64,000 nt of DNA from Lama guanicoe. Taxonomy: Eukaryota. The translations under genes and the position numbers were made by a program. Each line of letters starts with the position of its first letter. The stretch's first letter is position 1. Below the pieces are notes generated by a model that made no database searches, was not told where the DNA came from, and worked only from the letters and a program-made list of their open reading frames with translations. Positions 36,535 through 51,419 of this stretch are shown here, in pieces. Location: assembly GCA_013239625.1 (NCBI GenBank), contig MU053588.1:87988-151987 (forward strand), given 5' to 3'.

Positions 36535-38819
36535 TTAGCTTTGGGGGAACGGAGAGACTATTTAGAAACATAGAACTTGGGTTTTGCTGCTGTTAATACA
36601 CTCACTCTTTTTAAAAAATCACCTCCCATCATTTCCCTAACATTTTATTATGCAATTTTATAAACATACAGAAAATTTAGAAGAATTTTATAGTGAAAAC
36701 CTCTATGACCACCACTTGGAATCTATCACTAACACATACTATACTTGTTTTACCACACAGTCACCCATCCTTTTACCCATTCATTAATCCATCTTACTTT
36801 CTAGTGCATTTCAAAGTAAACTACAGATGCCAGTACACTTCCTCATAAATACTTCAGAATGCAAATCACTAACTACAGTATAGTTAACCTTTTTCAGGTA
36901 AGCTTTACATATAATGAAATGCACAAATCCTTGGTATACCATTTGAAGTTTTGACAAATGCACACACCTGTGTAATCCAGGAACTTTTAAAAATAAGGTT
37001 TCATATAGGGTGTATATTAAATATCTAGCTTTACATAATATTTTATGGAAGACAGACATCAAATAAAGAATTTCTGCTTTGTTCTATACGGTTCTAAGTC
37101 AATTATTTGTTCTTCTAAACTGAAGATTGAACTACACTCTTATTCTTCTAGCAACTGGATGAATGACCTGTGATACAATTTCTGAGCAATTTAGAACTAG
37201 CCATTATGCTAGTCGTAGAAACACAAAAATGAATTATTTATGTTTCCAATGTTCTAGCAACTTAAAAGAATTGGAAAACAAATAAGATCTAAGGTTTAAA
37301 AGAAAAGAAGAAGACGCAAAGTGTCAAAAAATAAATCTCCATGTGGAACACACTGAGGTCCCCAAACAGGAAAAAGTCCATTCTACATGGGGGTGTAAGT
37401 TTATATTAGGTGAGGAATTTAAGTTGGAAGATGAGAAGTGTAATACAGAATGGGGTTGTGAGGGAGGCCAGAAAAGATGAAAGCAAACGTGTGGATACAG
37501 GAAAACACACAGTGAATTTGAAGAACAGCAAACAGATCTATGTAAGTAGAGAGAAGTCTGCACGATATGATAGGAAGGTGGTTATAGGAAAAGCAGTTTG
37601 CTCATAGAACAAGTATGAATGTTTCACTTTAAGTAAAGGTAATAATCAGATTTATATTAATATATTTCCCTGTAAGATCTGTATTGCAGAATAACCAAAT
37701 AAATAATGAGGAAAGGTTCTTTACAAAATGATTGCTCACTAATCTACTCTAGAAGTTAGGATAGAATTAGAATAACATCATTTCATTACTCCTAGTGAAA
37801 TAATGGGTTTAGACAATAATCATTAAGGGTTGCTCAACTGTTTGAGGTGAAAGGCTGAAGAGAAGTTTAAAATGGATGAATCAGCTAGCAACATCGGCAC
37901 CCACTGATTGATGTGTTTTAACATCACAAAAAGAGAGATAACCAGATACTATGTGCCTCCTGACATGATACAGTAATTAATTTCATTCTATCACCCAATT
38001 GAGTATTTTCGCCAAATATATTAAAAAAATCCAGCCTGAATCTCATTAAGCCTCCAGATCTAACAAATCATTCATAGGTAATTGAAGGATAGAGTAACAT
38101 AGTAAACAATATCAAGACCAAAACATCAGCTAAATCCATAAAGCAGCAAATGATCTGTTTCTCCAAAAAATAAACTACAACAGAAAAAATACGGAGGGGA
38201 ATCTTCTCTTTATTAAAAGAGACTTCAGAGTCATACCAAACAAATGCAACTTACGGACTTTGTTCGGCCCTTAATTAAAGCAAACCAAAATTAAAAAGGT
38301 ATTTATGGCATGTTTAGAGAAATTCAAACAATAACTGGGTATTAAATGATATCTAGGAATTACTGTTATGATTTAGGTGTGATCATGGCTTACTGCTTAT
38401 GTTAAACAAAAAGGAAGAAAAAAAGAATTCTCATCTCTTAGAAATACACATCAAAGTATTCAGAGATAAAATGGTGTTTGAGATTTACTTTAAAATAATC
38501 CAGCAGCTGGGGAGGAGGGTGGTTTTAGATGATACAAGAATGACACAATGCTGATGGCTACCAAAGCCGAGTGACAGGCACAATAGATACAAGGGCTCCT
38601 TATATTATTCTCTTTACTCTTGACTACATTTATATTTAATTCATAATAAAATGCTATTTTTTTAAATGTTATTTTTTAAAAACATGATATTAAAAAATCT
38701 AATCTGGAAATGCATAATGGAAGGAATGGCTATTTTCATCTGGAATCATAAACATTTAAAAAAGGCATTATAGGGACTTGAACAGTCCACATTCAGCAAA
38801 TTATAAGAATAGTTAGACA

Positions 38820-41135
38820 GGGTATCATCAATGATATAGAAGAACAACAGGATCTAATCAATATTTAGAATATTCCAACCAATGGCAGCAGAATACATAT
38901 TCTTTTCAAGCATTCATAGAACAGTGACTAAGACAGACCATATCCTAGGTTGTGAAACAAACCTCAACAACTGAAAAGAACTGAAATAATCTGAAGTACG
39001 TTCTCTGACCATAATGGAATCAAACTAAAAATCAATAACAGAAAAATCTCTGAAGAAATTATATTAGAAAATAATAACAAAAGCTATCTGGAAAGTTACA
39101 AAATATCTGAAAATTAAACAACACACTTCTAAATAACATGTAAGTCAAAGAAGAATCCTCAAAAGAAATTTAGAAAATACACAGAACTGAAAGAAAGTGA
39201 GAATATAACATATCAAAATCTGTGGGATGCAGATAAAAGTGTTGAAAGGAAAATTTATAGCATTAAATGCTTACATTAGAAAAAGGGAAACAAACAATCC
39301 AAATAAAAAATGCGCAGAGGATTGGAATAAGGCATTTTTTTCCAAAGAAAATATACAGATTGCCAGCAAGTACATGAAAATGTGTTCAACATCACTAATG
39401 ATCAGGGAAGTACAAATCAAATCCACAAAGAGACATCACCTTACACCTTACACCTTGCTAGAATGGCTGTTATAAAAACAAAAAACAAATACCCCCAGAA
39501 ATATAAGAAATAACAAGTGCTGGCAAAGATGGGGGGGAAAGGAACCCTTGTGCACTACTGGAAGAATGTAAACTGGTGCAACCACTATGGAAAACACTTT
39601 GGAGTTTCCTCAAAAAATTAAAACTAGAACCATCAAATTGTCTAGCAATTCCACTTCTGGATACTTTTTCAAAGGAAATGAAAACACTAACTTGAAAAGA
39701 TATACGCACCCTCACATTCATTGCAGCATTATCTACAATAGCCAAGACATGGAAGCAACTTAAGCGTCTAATGATGGATGAATGGATAAAGAAAATGTGG
39801 TATTTATGTATGCAATGGAAAATTATTCAGCCATAAAAAAGAAGGAAATCTTGCCATTTTCAACAGCATGGGTAGACCTCGAGGGCATATAGTAAGTGAA
39901 TTAAGTCAGAGAGAGAAGGAAAAATACTGTATGATCTCACTTTTATGCAGAATGTTAAAAAACCCCAAAAGAACAGGAACTGAATTCACAGATACAGAGA
40001 AGAGATTGGTGGCTGCCAGAAGCAGAGGGTAGATGGGCAAAATGGGCGAAGGTGGTCAAAAGTATAGGCTTCCAGGTATAAAATAAGTAAGTTATGGGAT
40101 GTAATATACAGCAATAGTAACTATAGTTAATACTGTATTGTATTTTTGAAAATTGCTAAGAGAAATCTTGAAGGTTCTCAACACAAGAAAAAAAGATAGT
40201 TAACTATGTATGGTGATGGATGTTAACTAGATTTACTGCAGTGACCATTTCACAATATATATAGACATCAAATAACATTATATACCTGAAACTAATGGGT
40301 TAAACATCAATTATACATCAATTTTTTTTTAAATGGAAGAAGAAAGTTCTCAAATCAATAATCTAAATTCCTACCTCAAGAAACTAGAAAAAGAAAAGCA
40401 AAATAAACCCAAAGCAAGAAAAAAGAAGAAAATAATAAAGAGTACGTATCAATGAAATTGAAAACAAAATTTTTTTAAAAACTGGAGAAAAGTCAATAAA
40501 ACAATGTAGTTATTTTGGGGGAAAAAAATCACTAACATTAATAAACCTTGCTGACTGTCCTAGCAGTCAACCAGACTGACAAGGATAAAAAGAAGATACA
40601 AATCACCAATGTCAGGAATGAAACAGGAGTATCATTACAGATGCAGCAGCCATTAAAAGAAAAATGAGGGAATACAAAAACTGTGCTAACAGAGTCAATA
40701 AGTTAAAAGAAATGGACCAATAACTCCAAAATCACAAACTACCAAAACTTAACATGATGAAATGGAAAAGGTGGTAATAACCCTACAACCATTAAATTAA
40801 ATTAAATTCATTATGTAAAAGCTTCTGAAAAAGAAATCTCCAGACCCAGACAGTTTTACCAGAGAATTCTACTAAACTTTTAACAAAGAGTTAGTCTCAT
40901 TTTTACATAATCTCATCCAGAAAATAGAAGAGTAGGAAATACTTCCCAACTAATTTTATGGGACCAGTATTATTACCCTGATACCAAAACAGTGCAAAGA
41001 CAGTACCAGAAAGAAAACTACAGACTAATACCTCTTGTGAACTTAGATGCAAAAATCCTAAAGAAAATGCTGGCAAACCAGATCCAGCAATGAATAAAAA
41101 GAATTGTGTACCTCAATAAACTGGAATTTATGGGA
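38820..41135 (+). mobile_element. Old L1 ORF2 with a nested younger L1 3' end (~39290-40330)
   Basis: ttctctgaccataatggaatcaaact; [13 protein letters not shown] is interrupted and resumes at ctcaaatcaataatctaaattcctacctcaagaaactagaaaa; the inner segment has an L1 ORF2 end and 3'UTR. Confidence 0.85.
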
Positions 41136-43654
41136 GAACTCTCGGTAGTATATTTTGCAATGCCTTTGACTCTATAAGTATTTCAAAATAAATTAAAAAT
41201 TTGAAAAATATACTGAAGAACGATTATCCTCAAAACAGAGTATTCTGAAATGGGCAAGACAGGAAAGTCAGTCCCAAGAAGAACTGCACAATTCATGTGA
41301 GAGAATACAAAATCCTTACTCACCTAAAGTAAGGCTGTGGTAAGGCTACAGGAGAGATTGCTGTTAATAATTAAGGAGGTAAAACTGATACTGAGTTGAA
41401 AGTGCGAAAAAGGACTCATGTAAGTCTCAGTTAATCAGTTTTGTGTTGCTGTAGGTTCGATTTCACAGATGAGTTTACAAACTAGAGGAGGAGGAAGAAG
41501 ACCAGAAATAATAAATTTTGTAAATAGTGAGATTTAGGCAATAAGAAATATACAAGGCTGCATACTAGGCAGGTGGAGAGAGAGCTAGTATGGAGTTGAA
41601 GATTTGGGAGTTGTATATACAAAGCAGGTCACTGAATTCAGGGGAAGGAATGAACGTGCAGGAAGGACAGGATAGAGAAAGTATTAAAGATACTTGCAGT
41701 TTTTAATGTTTAAAATTATGATACTTGAAAGCTATCTTTTTATTTAATTGTGTTCAGAGATTACAGTTTATTTCTTTGTGATCCAAAGGATGACAGTAAA
41801 AGAATAAGCAAAAAGCACATCTGAATCCACCAACAGAAAGGAAACAAGAGCCCCTATCCAAACATCAGACAGAGCTGAATTCTAGGGGAAAAAAAGTAAA
41901 CGTGACAAGGACAAAAAGAACTTAGATGTCATTACTGTTACTGCACCAAATTACATAACATCAAAATGTATAAACAGAAACTACAGGCAAATACAGAGAG
42001 AAATATATTCGTGATGGAAAACTTTAAATAGCATCTCTTGGCTCAAGAAGATAAAGTGGAAAATAAAAGCTACATTGTAAAAATCTCATAACTATGTATC
42101 TTATTGTAAAAAAGTTGGTATCTAGAAACATTCAAGTGCCTATGTACATTGAGAAATATTAAACATAAAACTTGCACACACACACGTTAGTATTCCAAAA
42201 GTAGAGTAAAATCAATGCAAATAAATCTCTCCAAAGATGGCGATCTTAATTTCATTAAAAGCAGAATTTTTTAAGTAAAAATCTTAACACCTACAAGTGA
42301 AAATGTAGTAAATGGTAATTAAAGGTTTCATTGGAAATTTAATGTTCCTAGAAATTCATCCATTTAAGCTAGGTTTTAAGTGTTATTTCTTTGAGATACA
42401 TTATTTTTCTAGATTATTTTTGAGCTTTGTTTTGCTGTAAATAGTTAATACACTTGACTTTTGAATCTATGTTCACAATTTCTAGTTTTTTTTTAACTGC
42501 CGTTGACTGGTTTGAGCATCAAGATTAACATAGTAAACAAAATAAAACAAACACCAAAAACAAGATTGGGAATAAGTTGACATACCATCTTGACCCAAAA
42601 TTTTGTTGTAAAGATCAAACTGTAAAACCATACGACGTTTTCCAACATTTTTGACTGTGTTGGAGGTGTCTGATCAACATTTTAATTTCTTCAAAGGCTT
42701 CTGAACCATTTGTATTTGCCGTTTTGACATTTATGTTTTGGAAAATTTCATCCTTTTTGTTTAGGTTTTCATGTTTTTGTGTATGATTTTATATAACATT
42801 CAAGATTATTTTAATATTTGATATAGCAGTAACCATCTCTGTTTTATTACATATTTTCTGTGTATCTCTACTCCCTTTTTTTGATCACCTCCACATAGAA
42901 ATGTGCTTCTGCCAAATATTTTTCTCAATTATTTCATTCTCTTTGTGACTGATTTCTTCTCTTATCTTTTTTCAGTCCTGATTGTTATCTCATATTTATT
43001 CTTTTTCTAACTTCTTCAGTTGAAAGTATAACTCACACCATAGGTTTTGTTTCTTTTTTTCTCCAAACTCCCAGGATTCCTTAAAAAGCATTTAAAACTA
43101 TATTTTCCCCTATGTTTATGGTTTAGCTTCACCACACAACTTTAAGATCTAGTACTGTATTTACTAAACTTCAACTCAAAGAATTTTGTAAGAAGACATT
43201 TCGTGATTTTTCTTTTAAAGAATATTTATGAAGAAAGAAATTTTAAGTGGCATTAAGTCCACTCAAAATGTTGTGTAAAAAAGCCTTTTGCTTTCTATAT
43301 GATAGAATAATGCTCTTGCTCAGAAAATAAAATCAACATTATAGCAAAGGTAGGTATTTTTTGTCTGCTTTGATCATGAAGTTTTTGAGAGTACTTGATA
43401 AAATGGTCAATGGTATAGTTAATGATTTCTGTTCATTTTTACTTAATATAGTTCAAAGATACATACTATTAATTAAACAAATATTGACAATTCTTTTTGG
43501 TATATTATTACTTTTGTAAGTTTGAACCAGGCCTCTCCCTCCCTTTGGATATTTTTCATCTTAAATTCCTTTTGATCTGTTTCTAAACCTGCAGCCTTAG
43601 CTTTCTTTTGGCTTTTGTTTCTGAGTAAATTTTTCCATTCCTTTATTTTCAGAC

Positions 43655-44010
43655 AAGGAGAAAAGCAACCCTTGAGTGCTGAGAACTTGCCTGGCACTAT
43701 TGTTTAGACTTGGGTGTTGCTAGGAGCTGGCCAGGCAGGATCAGCCAGGTCACGGTGCTCTCCAGTTACACGAAAAACACAGAGAACACCAACATCAAAC
43801 AGGACCACTCTCTGACCGTGAGGGCGCAAGACAAAACCAAGACCACTCTGTGATCATGTCTGAGCACAGACAAAAATCAGAACATTGTTCAAACCACAAA
43901 AGTGACCGAACATCCCCTTGTTCTAGCTAATACAAGTGACTGCTGCTTTTGACTCGCTCCATTCTTCCTACCTTCTAGATAAAAGATGCCCAATCACAGA
44001 ACTGCCCAAC
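43655..44010 (+). mobile_element. ERVL-type LTR remnant (family uncertain)
   Basis: aaggagaaaagcaacccttga...accactctgtgatcatgtctgagcacagacaaaa...gtgactgctgc; recall-level recognition. Confidence 0.5.
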
Positions 44011-44290
44011 GGCAATGGAAGTGGAGGTTCACTGAGATTCAGCTGAGATTCACTGCATCTGACTAAAAGCCTGCACTGATATTCCACTGCTTCTAATATA
44101 TACAACAGAAAGGGAAGACAAGACGAGAATTACCCTGCCACGTTGTTCACGATATTGCACCATACAGTATTGAATTTTATCAATTGTTGAAAAAAAAGTG
44201 CAGAAATGTGTCTAGTATGCCACTTTTTGTGAAATGGAAAGGAAAAAAGTTTATAATTGTTTTTATTTACATAAAGAAACTAAGCAGTCA

Positions 44291-44431
44291 CAGGGAGGGT
44301 ATCGCTCAGTGGTAGAGCACATGCCTAGCAAGCATGAGGTCCTGGGTTCAATCCCCAGTCCCTCCATTAAATAAATAAATAAACTTAATTACCTCCCACC
44401 AAAAATGAAGAAAGAAAGGAAGGAAGGAAGG
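44291..44431 (+). mobile_element. tRNA-derived SINE (Vic-1-like) with a perfect 17-bp TSD and (GGAA)n tail
   Basis: TSD aagaaactaagcagtca at 44274-44290 and 44432-44448. Confidence 0.92.
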
Positions 44432-45231
44432 AAGAAACTAAGCAGTCAAAACTAACAAAACTGGTCATTTGTATTGGGGCAACCTGGGCAAGCAGGGGAC
44501 AGAGATGCACCAAACACAGTCCTGACCTTTCCCAGAATTTCTTTCATTATGCCTTTCAACTGTACTGCTTTGTATATTTTTTTTTAATTTCTGAAGTGTT
44601 TGTATTATCTACTCAAAAAATTACACCATTCCGAATAAATTATTACAATATTTTCAGATAAGAAATAAGATTACATCTGTGAAATAAGAACAGGATGCTA
44701 ATAAAAAGAAACATTTATAAAACCAACTAGAGTTTTTGAAAATTAAAACTCTGAATTAAAATGTTGATAGCAGTAATGAGGAACTCAATAGAAGGGCTGG
44801 AAGACAAAGTTGATTAAGTTTAGCAGAATAAGAAGTAATAAATAAATAGAAGAACACGGAGAACCAAATTTCAGAGAGAGATTAGAGAAAGTATTTGTGT
44901 AGGGGAAACAGTTTAGGAAGAAAAGAGAAATGCTTTCAAAGTCTTGCACGTAACTGATTTCTAACCAGGAATTTCATTCTCAGCCAAAAGATCAATATAG
45001 CATGAGGTCAAAATAAAGGAGAGTTTTCCTTGACATCGTACCTCTCCATTGTCATACTACTGGCCTCTAGATGTGGATACATGACCTGTGTGTTGCTCAT
45101 TCTCAGCAGAAAGATCAAGATGTTTCAGGAGCAGAGGAGAGTCTGGCTGCTTCCTGTGACCCAGCTCCCTCCGCCCTCAGGCTTTGGTGCTCCCAGGACG
45201 AATTCCCACCCCTGGGACTCCTCATCCTCAC

Positions 45232-45300
45232 CTCACATGAGCTATGTTCCTCTGGAGCCAGGCCTAGGGATTTCTGGGGAGAGGACCAATTAGCTGGCAT
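45232..45300 (-). CDS. ZNF585A: First coding segment of ZNF585A-like gene (MPANWSSPQKSLGLAPEEHSSCE); the exon probably spans 45232-45444 including 5' UTR
   Basis: accATG at 45300, GAG|gtgagg donor (phase 0), ttttcag acceptor at 45445. The peptide resembles the human ZNF585A N-terminus [24 protein letters not shown] as recalled. Confidence 0.9.
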
Positions 45301-45529
45301 GGTCATGCTGGGTCTCAACCTTTATTCTCTCAGAAGCCTAAAGTTTGGTGGACATCTGTGAACTCCAGCAGAGCTGCTGGGGAGAGGTGAGCTGGGGTCT
45401 GGAGGAAGATCTGGCCCAGTGGCACCCTAGAGACACCAAGAAACCTGAAAAGACAATGTCCACATGGTCAGTCATCACAGAAACATTTCCAGGGAACACC
45501 AAGATGTAGTTTCCTGAGCTAGACACCAC

Positions 45530-46090
45530 AAAGCAGTGGCTCTCAAATTTGAGTGTGCGTTCAAATCACCTAAAGGGTTTGTTAAAATACAGTTAAAAAT
45601 CCTCAAACTCACTCTGACAGTCTCTGATGCTGTAGGTCTAGGGTAGGGGCTGTCTATTTGGGCTACTCTAACAAAATACCAGATTGGGGAGCTTATAAAC
45701 AACAGAAATTTATTGCTCACAGTTCTGGGAAGTCCAAGATCAAGGTGCCAGCATGATCATGTTTTGGTGAAGGCCTTCTTGGTTCATAGCCAGCACCTTC
45801 TAGCTGTATCTTCACATGGTAGAAGGGGCTAGGGGCTCTATGGGATCTCTTTTATAAGAGCACTAATCCCATTCATGAGGGTTCTACCTTCAAAACCTAA
45901 TCATCCCGCAAAGGTCCAACCTTCTGATACCATACTTTTGGGTGTTAAGATTCCAACATATGAATTTGGGGTTGGGGGGCAAACATTTAGACCACAGCAG
46001 GGCCCAAGAATTTGCATTTCTAACTAGTACCCAGGTGATGCTAAAGCCGCTATTCCAGGAACCACACTTTGAGAACCAGTGCTGTGGAGA
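45530..46090. mobile_element. MER5A split by a minus-strand MLT1A-like LTR (~45650-46000)
   Basis: cagtggctctcaaatttgagtgtgc...tctgatgctgtaggtctagggt | MLT1 | ggcccaagaatttgcatttctaac...ccacactttgagaaccagtg. Confidence 0.8.
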
Positions 46091-47799
46091 ACATATTTAA
46101 CAAAAACCTGTGATAGTCATGGTAAAATACGGGGAAAATCATGAGATATGGAGTAATGTTATTGCAGATTTGAATTGCAGCTCTGCTACTTTTCGGTTAT
46201 GAGAAAATGAAGAAGCTATTTCAGCTTCAGTTTCAAAAATGAGGATGAAAGTGCCAACCTCAAAAAGTTATGAACATTAAATGAGCTGGTGCTTGCAAAG
46301 CACTCATCACCTCCCTGGAATGCAAGCAGCATGCAATAAATATCAGCCACTACCACGCACTATTGGATATTAAAATTTAATATAAGAATATAAAAAGCAA
46401 GTAAAGCAATAGACTAGACAATACTGATTTATATACGTGACCAAAGTGACATTCAACTCAGTGTACACAAGACATTCTTCGCATAGATGGCGTTGACATA
46501 ATTGGCTATCCATCTGGAAGAAAACAAACTAGATCCCCAACCTACACTACACATTAGACTGAATTCCAACAGGAACAAACATTTTAAGTTTATGTAATTA
46601 AAAAATCTCAAAGAATATTAAAATAAAATTTAGAGGATACATTTGTATAACACTGGTGGGGTAGGAGGGACCTTATTACACATGAGAGAAAACCCAGAAA
46701 CTACAAAAGAAAAAACAAATATTTCTTAATTCTATGTTAAAATACACCTTAAAAATAAAAATCAAGATATACATATAAAAGATTTTTTCAATATGTGATG
46801 ATAGGTTATCCCTAATGTTAAAAAATCTAGCAAACAGAAAAAAAAATGCCCAGAAAAAAAAAAAGGATATGAAAATTCAAAGAAAAGGCAATTTAGATGG
46901 CAATTAAAGAAAAAGATGCTAACTTTATTAACAGGAAAATGCATTAAGGCAACTAGGTATAATTTTCCCTCAGAATTGTAAAAGCTTTTTAAAAAAATGG
47001 TGGAAAGCATTTGGGAAATTGAACTCTCTTATAAATTGTTGGTGGAAGCTTAAATTGCTATAATATCTTTTGAATTATTCAGTCGTATCTATTATTAAAA
47101 ATACACATAACCGTTCCTAATAATAGTTTCAAATATATAAAGCAAAAACAGATAGAAGGAAGGGCAAGTGAACAAATCACCTTTCCAGTGTGAGTGTATC
47201 TTTATAATGAAACAGACAAAACAATCTGTGTAATGTATTTCTGAAACAATACAATACAATTAATAGAGAACACATTGTTTTTACGTAATAGATAATGACA
47301 TTTAGGAAAACAGACCGTGAACTGGGCCATAAAGCAATTTTTACACTTGATCATCACCCAGAGGTATTTGAAATAGAGAATGCACTTCTAAATAATTCAT
47401 GCGTCATAGAAAAAAAAAACTGAAATTCAAAAAAAGACAAAAACAAAACCCCAACACTCAGACTTGAGCAGTAAAGAAAATGCTACATACCTAAGCTTGT
47501 GAATATTTATAAAGCAAGCTCGTCACAGACCCGAGATCCCCATGCTGACGCCACAGACCCTGTCACTGACCAGAGACCCTCATCACTGGACCCTCAAATC
47601 CCAACTGCTCATCTCAAAGATCCTCATTGCCCAGAGAGAACCCTATCACTGACCCCTCTGACACCCATCAACCGACGCCACAGACCCCGCCCCTCATGCT
47701 GAACCCCAAAACCATCATCACTAACTCCACGGACAACCCTTCCATCACTGACCCCACAGATTCCTAATCAAGATCAGCCAAAATCACCTCAGAGACCTC

Positions 47800-48320
47800 T
47801 CGGAATTAAAACGTGAAGATCCTCTTGAAACAAACGGCAAAAACGACTCCGAAGGCCACTTCCGCTTCCTCTAGCACCGCCCCTAGAGGACTGTTGGTAC
47901 TGCGCATGCTCTGAGTTACCTTGGAAGCGGCGTTCTGCCAGCAGTCAACCCGGCGAAGATCCGTTGCTAGGGACCTTGTGCAGTGTCCGTAAGAGGCGCT
48001 GTCGGGCAGAGAACATGGCTGCGCCCAACGGCGCTTCGGCTTGCGGGGCGCCATTTTGGGAAGCGTGTCCATTCCGTACACTGGGGAAATAGGCCTCCTG
48101 CCGGTTTTCATACAGGTAGGCAGGGGTTACCACACAGAATACGGGAGTGTGGTCTTGGCTAGGTAGGCTTCCGGGAGGAGGAAGCTATTGGAGATGCGGT
48201 CCGGAGCTTCATGTTATGTAATAGAAAACCTACAATGCCCCTCGGGATACAGCACAGTGCGGAGGGCAATTGCCTGCTTGGAGAAACCACCCGGGAAGTA
48301 GGGAGCCAGGGAGGAAAAAT
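47800..48320 (-). promoter_or_regulatory. CpG-rich promoter and probable non-coding first exon of the ZNF585A-like gene
   Basis: Local CpG enrichment; YY1-type AAAATGGCG (cgccatttt 48049-48057); NRF1-like tgcgcatgc at 47901; ZNF143-like ctacaatgccc at ~48230; minus-strand donor CAAG|gtaact with the exon ending at 47920. Confidence 0.7.
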
Positions 48321-50563
48321 CACCAAAGGAGAAAGACAGATGCCTTATATTCCACGGCTGGATCCTGGGAGAAATTACCGGGGGATGATCAGGATGTCAA
48401 GTCATAATGGTACAATCCATTTTTTGGAGGAAGTACTCAGGGAGAGTGGGGAGAGGTTAGAATGGAGTCCGCTCCTGGGCCGAAAACATTCAGCAAGACA
48501 GAGAAATGTCAGAACGAGCAATTCGCTGCAGGAAGGATGGTGCAGTCTTTAACACGAGAAATGAAACCTTAAGTCCAGTCTCTGACTCCTCCCTTAGCTT
48601 CTCCTATATGGAAATTGTGGAGCAGCTAACACTCTCCCCACCCCCAGTTCCCCACTCGGGGGGGGGGGGCTATGAGTGGGAGTTGTAAAGACAAGTCTTT
48701 TCATCTCGTGGGCTCCTAGATATTCTTCAAAACCCAGCTTAAATGTTGCCTCTTCCAGAATGTTCTTCCACCTGATGATGGTAGGAGTTTCTATGTCCTG
48801 CTTAAGGTGTTGTTTCAGTCCCAGGAGATGGGGAAGATGTTTTGAGGGAACTGGGCCTGGGCTCTGATGTGGACATCCTGGGTATCTTCAGGCCAGTTGT
48901 GTCCCCTTCTGGGATTCAGCTTAAAAATAGGACAAGTTAGAGGGTTGGACTCTGCTTATGCCAGGTTCTCTTTCTTTTCCCAAAGCCTGATTTAAGGAAA
49001 ACCCTGTGAAAGTCCATTAGTAAACATACATTTTTATCAGAGGCCTAAGAATTACTGTTAATTTTGTTGGTAATGTGGTTATGTTAAAAAAAAAAAGTTT
49101 ATCTTTTAGAGATTCATATGGAAGTATTTATGGGTGAAATATTAGCTTTAAAAACTTCACTGGAGAGGGGTAGATGAATGAAACAAGAGTAACAGAATGA
49201 TGATAAATGTTGAAGCAGGGGATGATGGGTACATGGAGTTTAGTATAACGTTCTCTTCTTTAGTATTTGAATGAAACTTTCACAGTAAAATTTAACTAGA
49301 CAGGAAAGGCGTTTTAAAAACATTTTCAAAGAAATATTATGAAGAAGAAAGCAGGTGTGTTGACAGAATTAAATAATACAGCCATAAGCAAACAATGAAT
49401 AAAGATATTCCATATTTTAAAAAGATGCAGCTACCATGGGCATACAACACTTCTAACATTTATTTCACAATATAGTTCTGTAATATGGGAAAAAGTGATA
49501 GAACAGGGACATTTTGAGGAAGCTACAATCACAGTAGCATATTAACACATCTCTCAGAAACAGATCAAACAGAAGAAAGGTGAGGATTAGGCTGTACTGG
49601 AATAATATAAATAGTTTGCTTGGTATATCACTCATTTACATTGAAAAAAATTTTTAACCAGAGAATGAACATTTTTTCCCCAAACACAGAACACTCATAA
49701 AAATTCTCCACAAAGTAGGCCAAAAAAGAAATTACAAAGCTCCTAGATTTATATCACATAAGTCATATTCTCAGACAACATCAAAATGAAAATAGAAAGC
49801 AACAACAGGCAGATAATGAAATGTTTCAAATGCCTGGGCATTAAAATATACGTACGTGAGTAATTCTTCGGTTAAGGACAGCATAACAAGGGATATTACA
49901 AATTATTTAGAATGAAGAGGGAAATAATAGTACAATGTATTGAAAATCTAAGGGATGGGCCATGTCTGTTTAACTCACTGCTGTTTAATCAGCTTATAGC
50001 ACAATGTCTACCATATAACAGGTGTTCAATTAAGTAACTATTGAATGATGAAGGGTTAGGAAAAGGAATTAGAATGAAGGTACAGGAAAATATCAGGAAG
50101 TTAAGAAAATAGGGAAAGCAGTTAAGTTTCATAATCATCATTATTTTAAAATAATTTTTATGATATTCTATGCATTGTGGCAAAACTATATAGTTAAGCT
50201 TCATGTGATTCTGAACATATAGATTTGTGGATGTGGGAGGCTAGCACTCTCCAGTGATGCAAAGAGTGTCTTAGTGACTCCTGAGCCAGAAACTCTGTAA
50301 TAAAAACAACACTGAATGTTATTTGATGGGGACAAGGGTATGGTTGTTCAAAGTGGAATACCCTAGGGAAAGTTCAAAGGACTGACTGAGTTTGGTGTGA
50401 GCAGATGATGCAGAGGGCTTTCATGTCAAGAGTAGACACTGTGTAACATACCACTTGGTTGGCATGTGATGATGCTGGCCAAGGATGAGAAACTAGATAA
50501 CTTCACCAAAGGCTATAGCCATTGACAGTCTGAAGTAAAAGCAAGCTCCAGATAGCATGACAG

Positions 50564-50697
50564 GGAGAGGGACAGCTCAGCGGTAGAGGGTGTGCCTAGC
50601 ATGCACAAGGTCTTAAGTTCAATCTCCAGTACCTCCATTAAAAAATAAATAAATAAACCTAATTACCTCTCCCCCCAAAATTAAAAAGAAAAACTGA
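50564..50697 (+). mobile_element. tRNA-derived SINE (Vic-1-like) with a 12-bp TSD
   Basis: TSD atagcatgacag at 50552-50563 and 50698-50709. Confidence 0.9.
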
Positions 50698-51419
50698 ATA
50701 GCATGACAGAACAAAATGTAAAGTGCTGTAGTATGAAAATCAAATGAACTCTATCAAAGAGATTGGATTTCAAGTCTCAGCTCTACTATTTGCAAGGTTT
50801 GTGCCCTTTGAAAAATTTGTCTGTAAGTTCCATTTCCTCATCTGTAAAATGATGGTAATATCTGACATATATATGTTTAATTGCTAAAATTAAGAATAAT
50901 TCAGGACAAGATTGGCAAAATATTGCTAACTGTTGAAGCTGGATGATAGATGCATGTAAATTTATTGTATTGTTTGCTTTGCTTTCATGAATGTTTGAAA
51001 TTTTTTATAATAAAAAGAAAAGATAATAATTTGGGCAAAGTCCTTAGGAAAAAATTAAGTGGTTAGCAAATGGTAATTGTTATAAATAGGAAATTATCTT
51101 CACAAAAATCATAAAAGACAAATGATTTTGAAGACATCAAAGTAGAGCTGGGCTGAGAAGCACAAACCAAAAACTGAACGTTATTCTACTATCCTTCTCC
51201 AAAAGTCAAATAAAATTAATAGTACCAGAACATGTGCCCCATATATCATCGTTTTCCAGATGAAGAAAGTGTGGTAACTCATCCAGTTTCACCTATGGTC
51301 TTACATATTGGGGCCACTATAAGAGTCACCACTACAATGCTCAACAAACACACTGCTTGACGCTTCCAATAACCAGCCCCCATCAGCCCCATTCCAGGCT
51401 CTAGGATTTCTCTCCTTCA

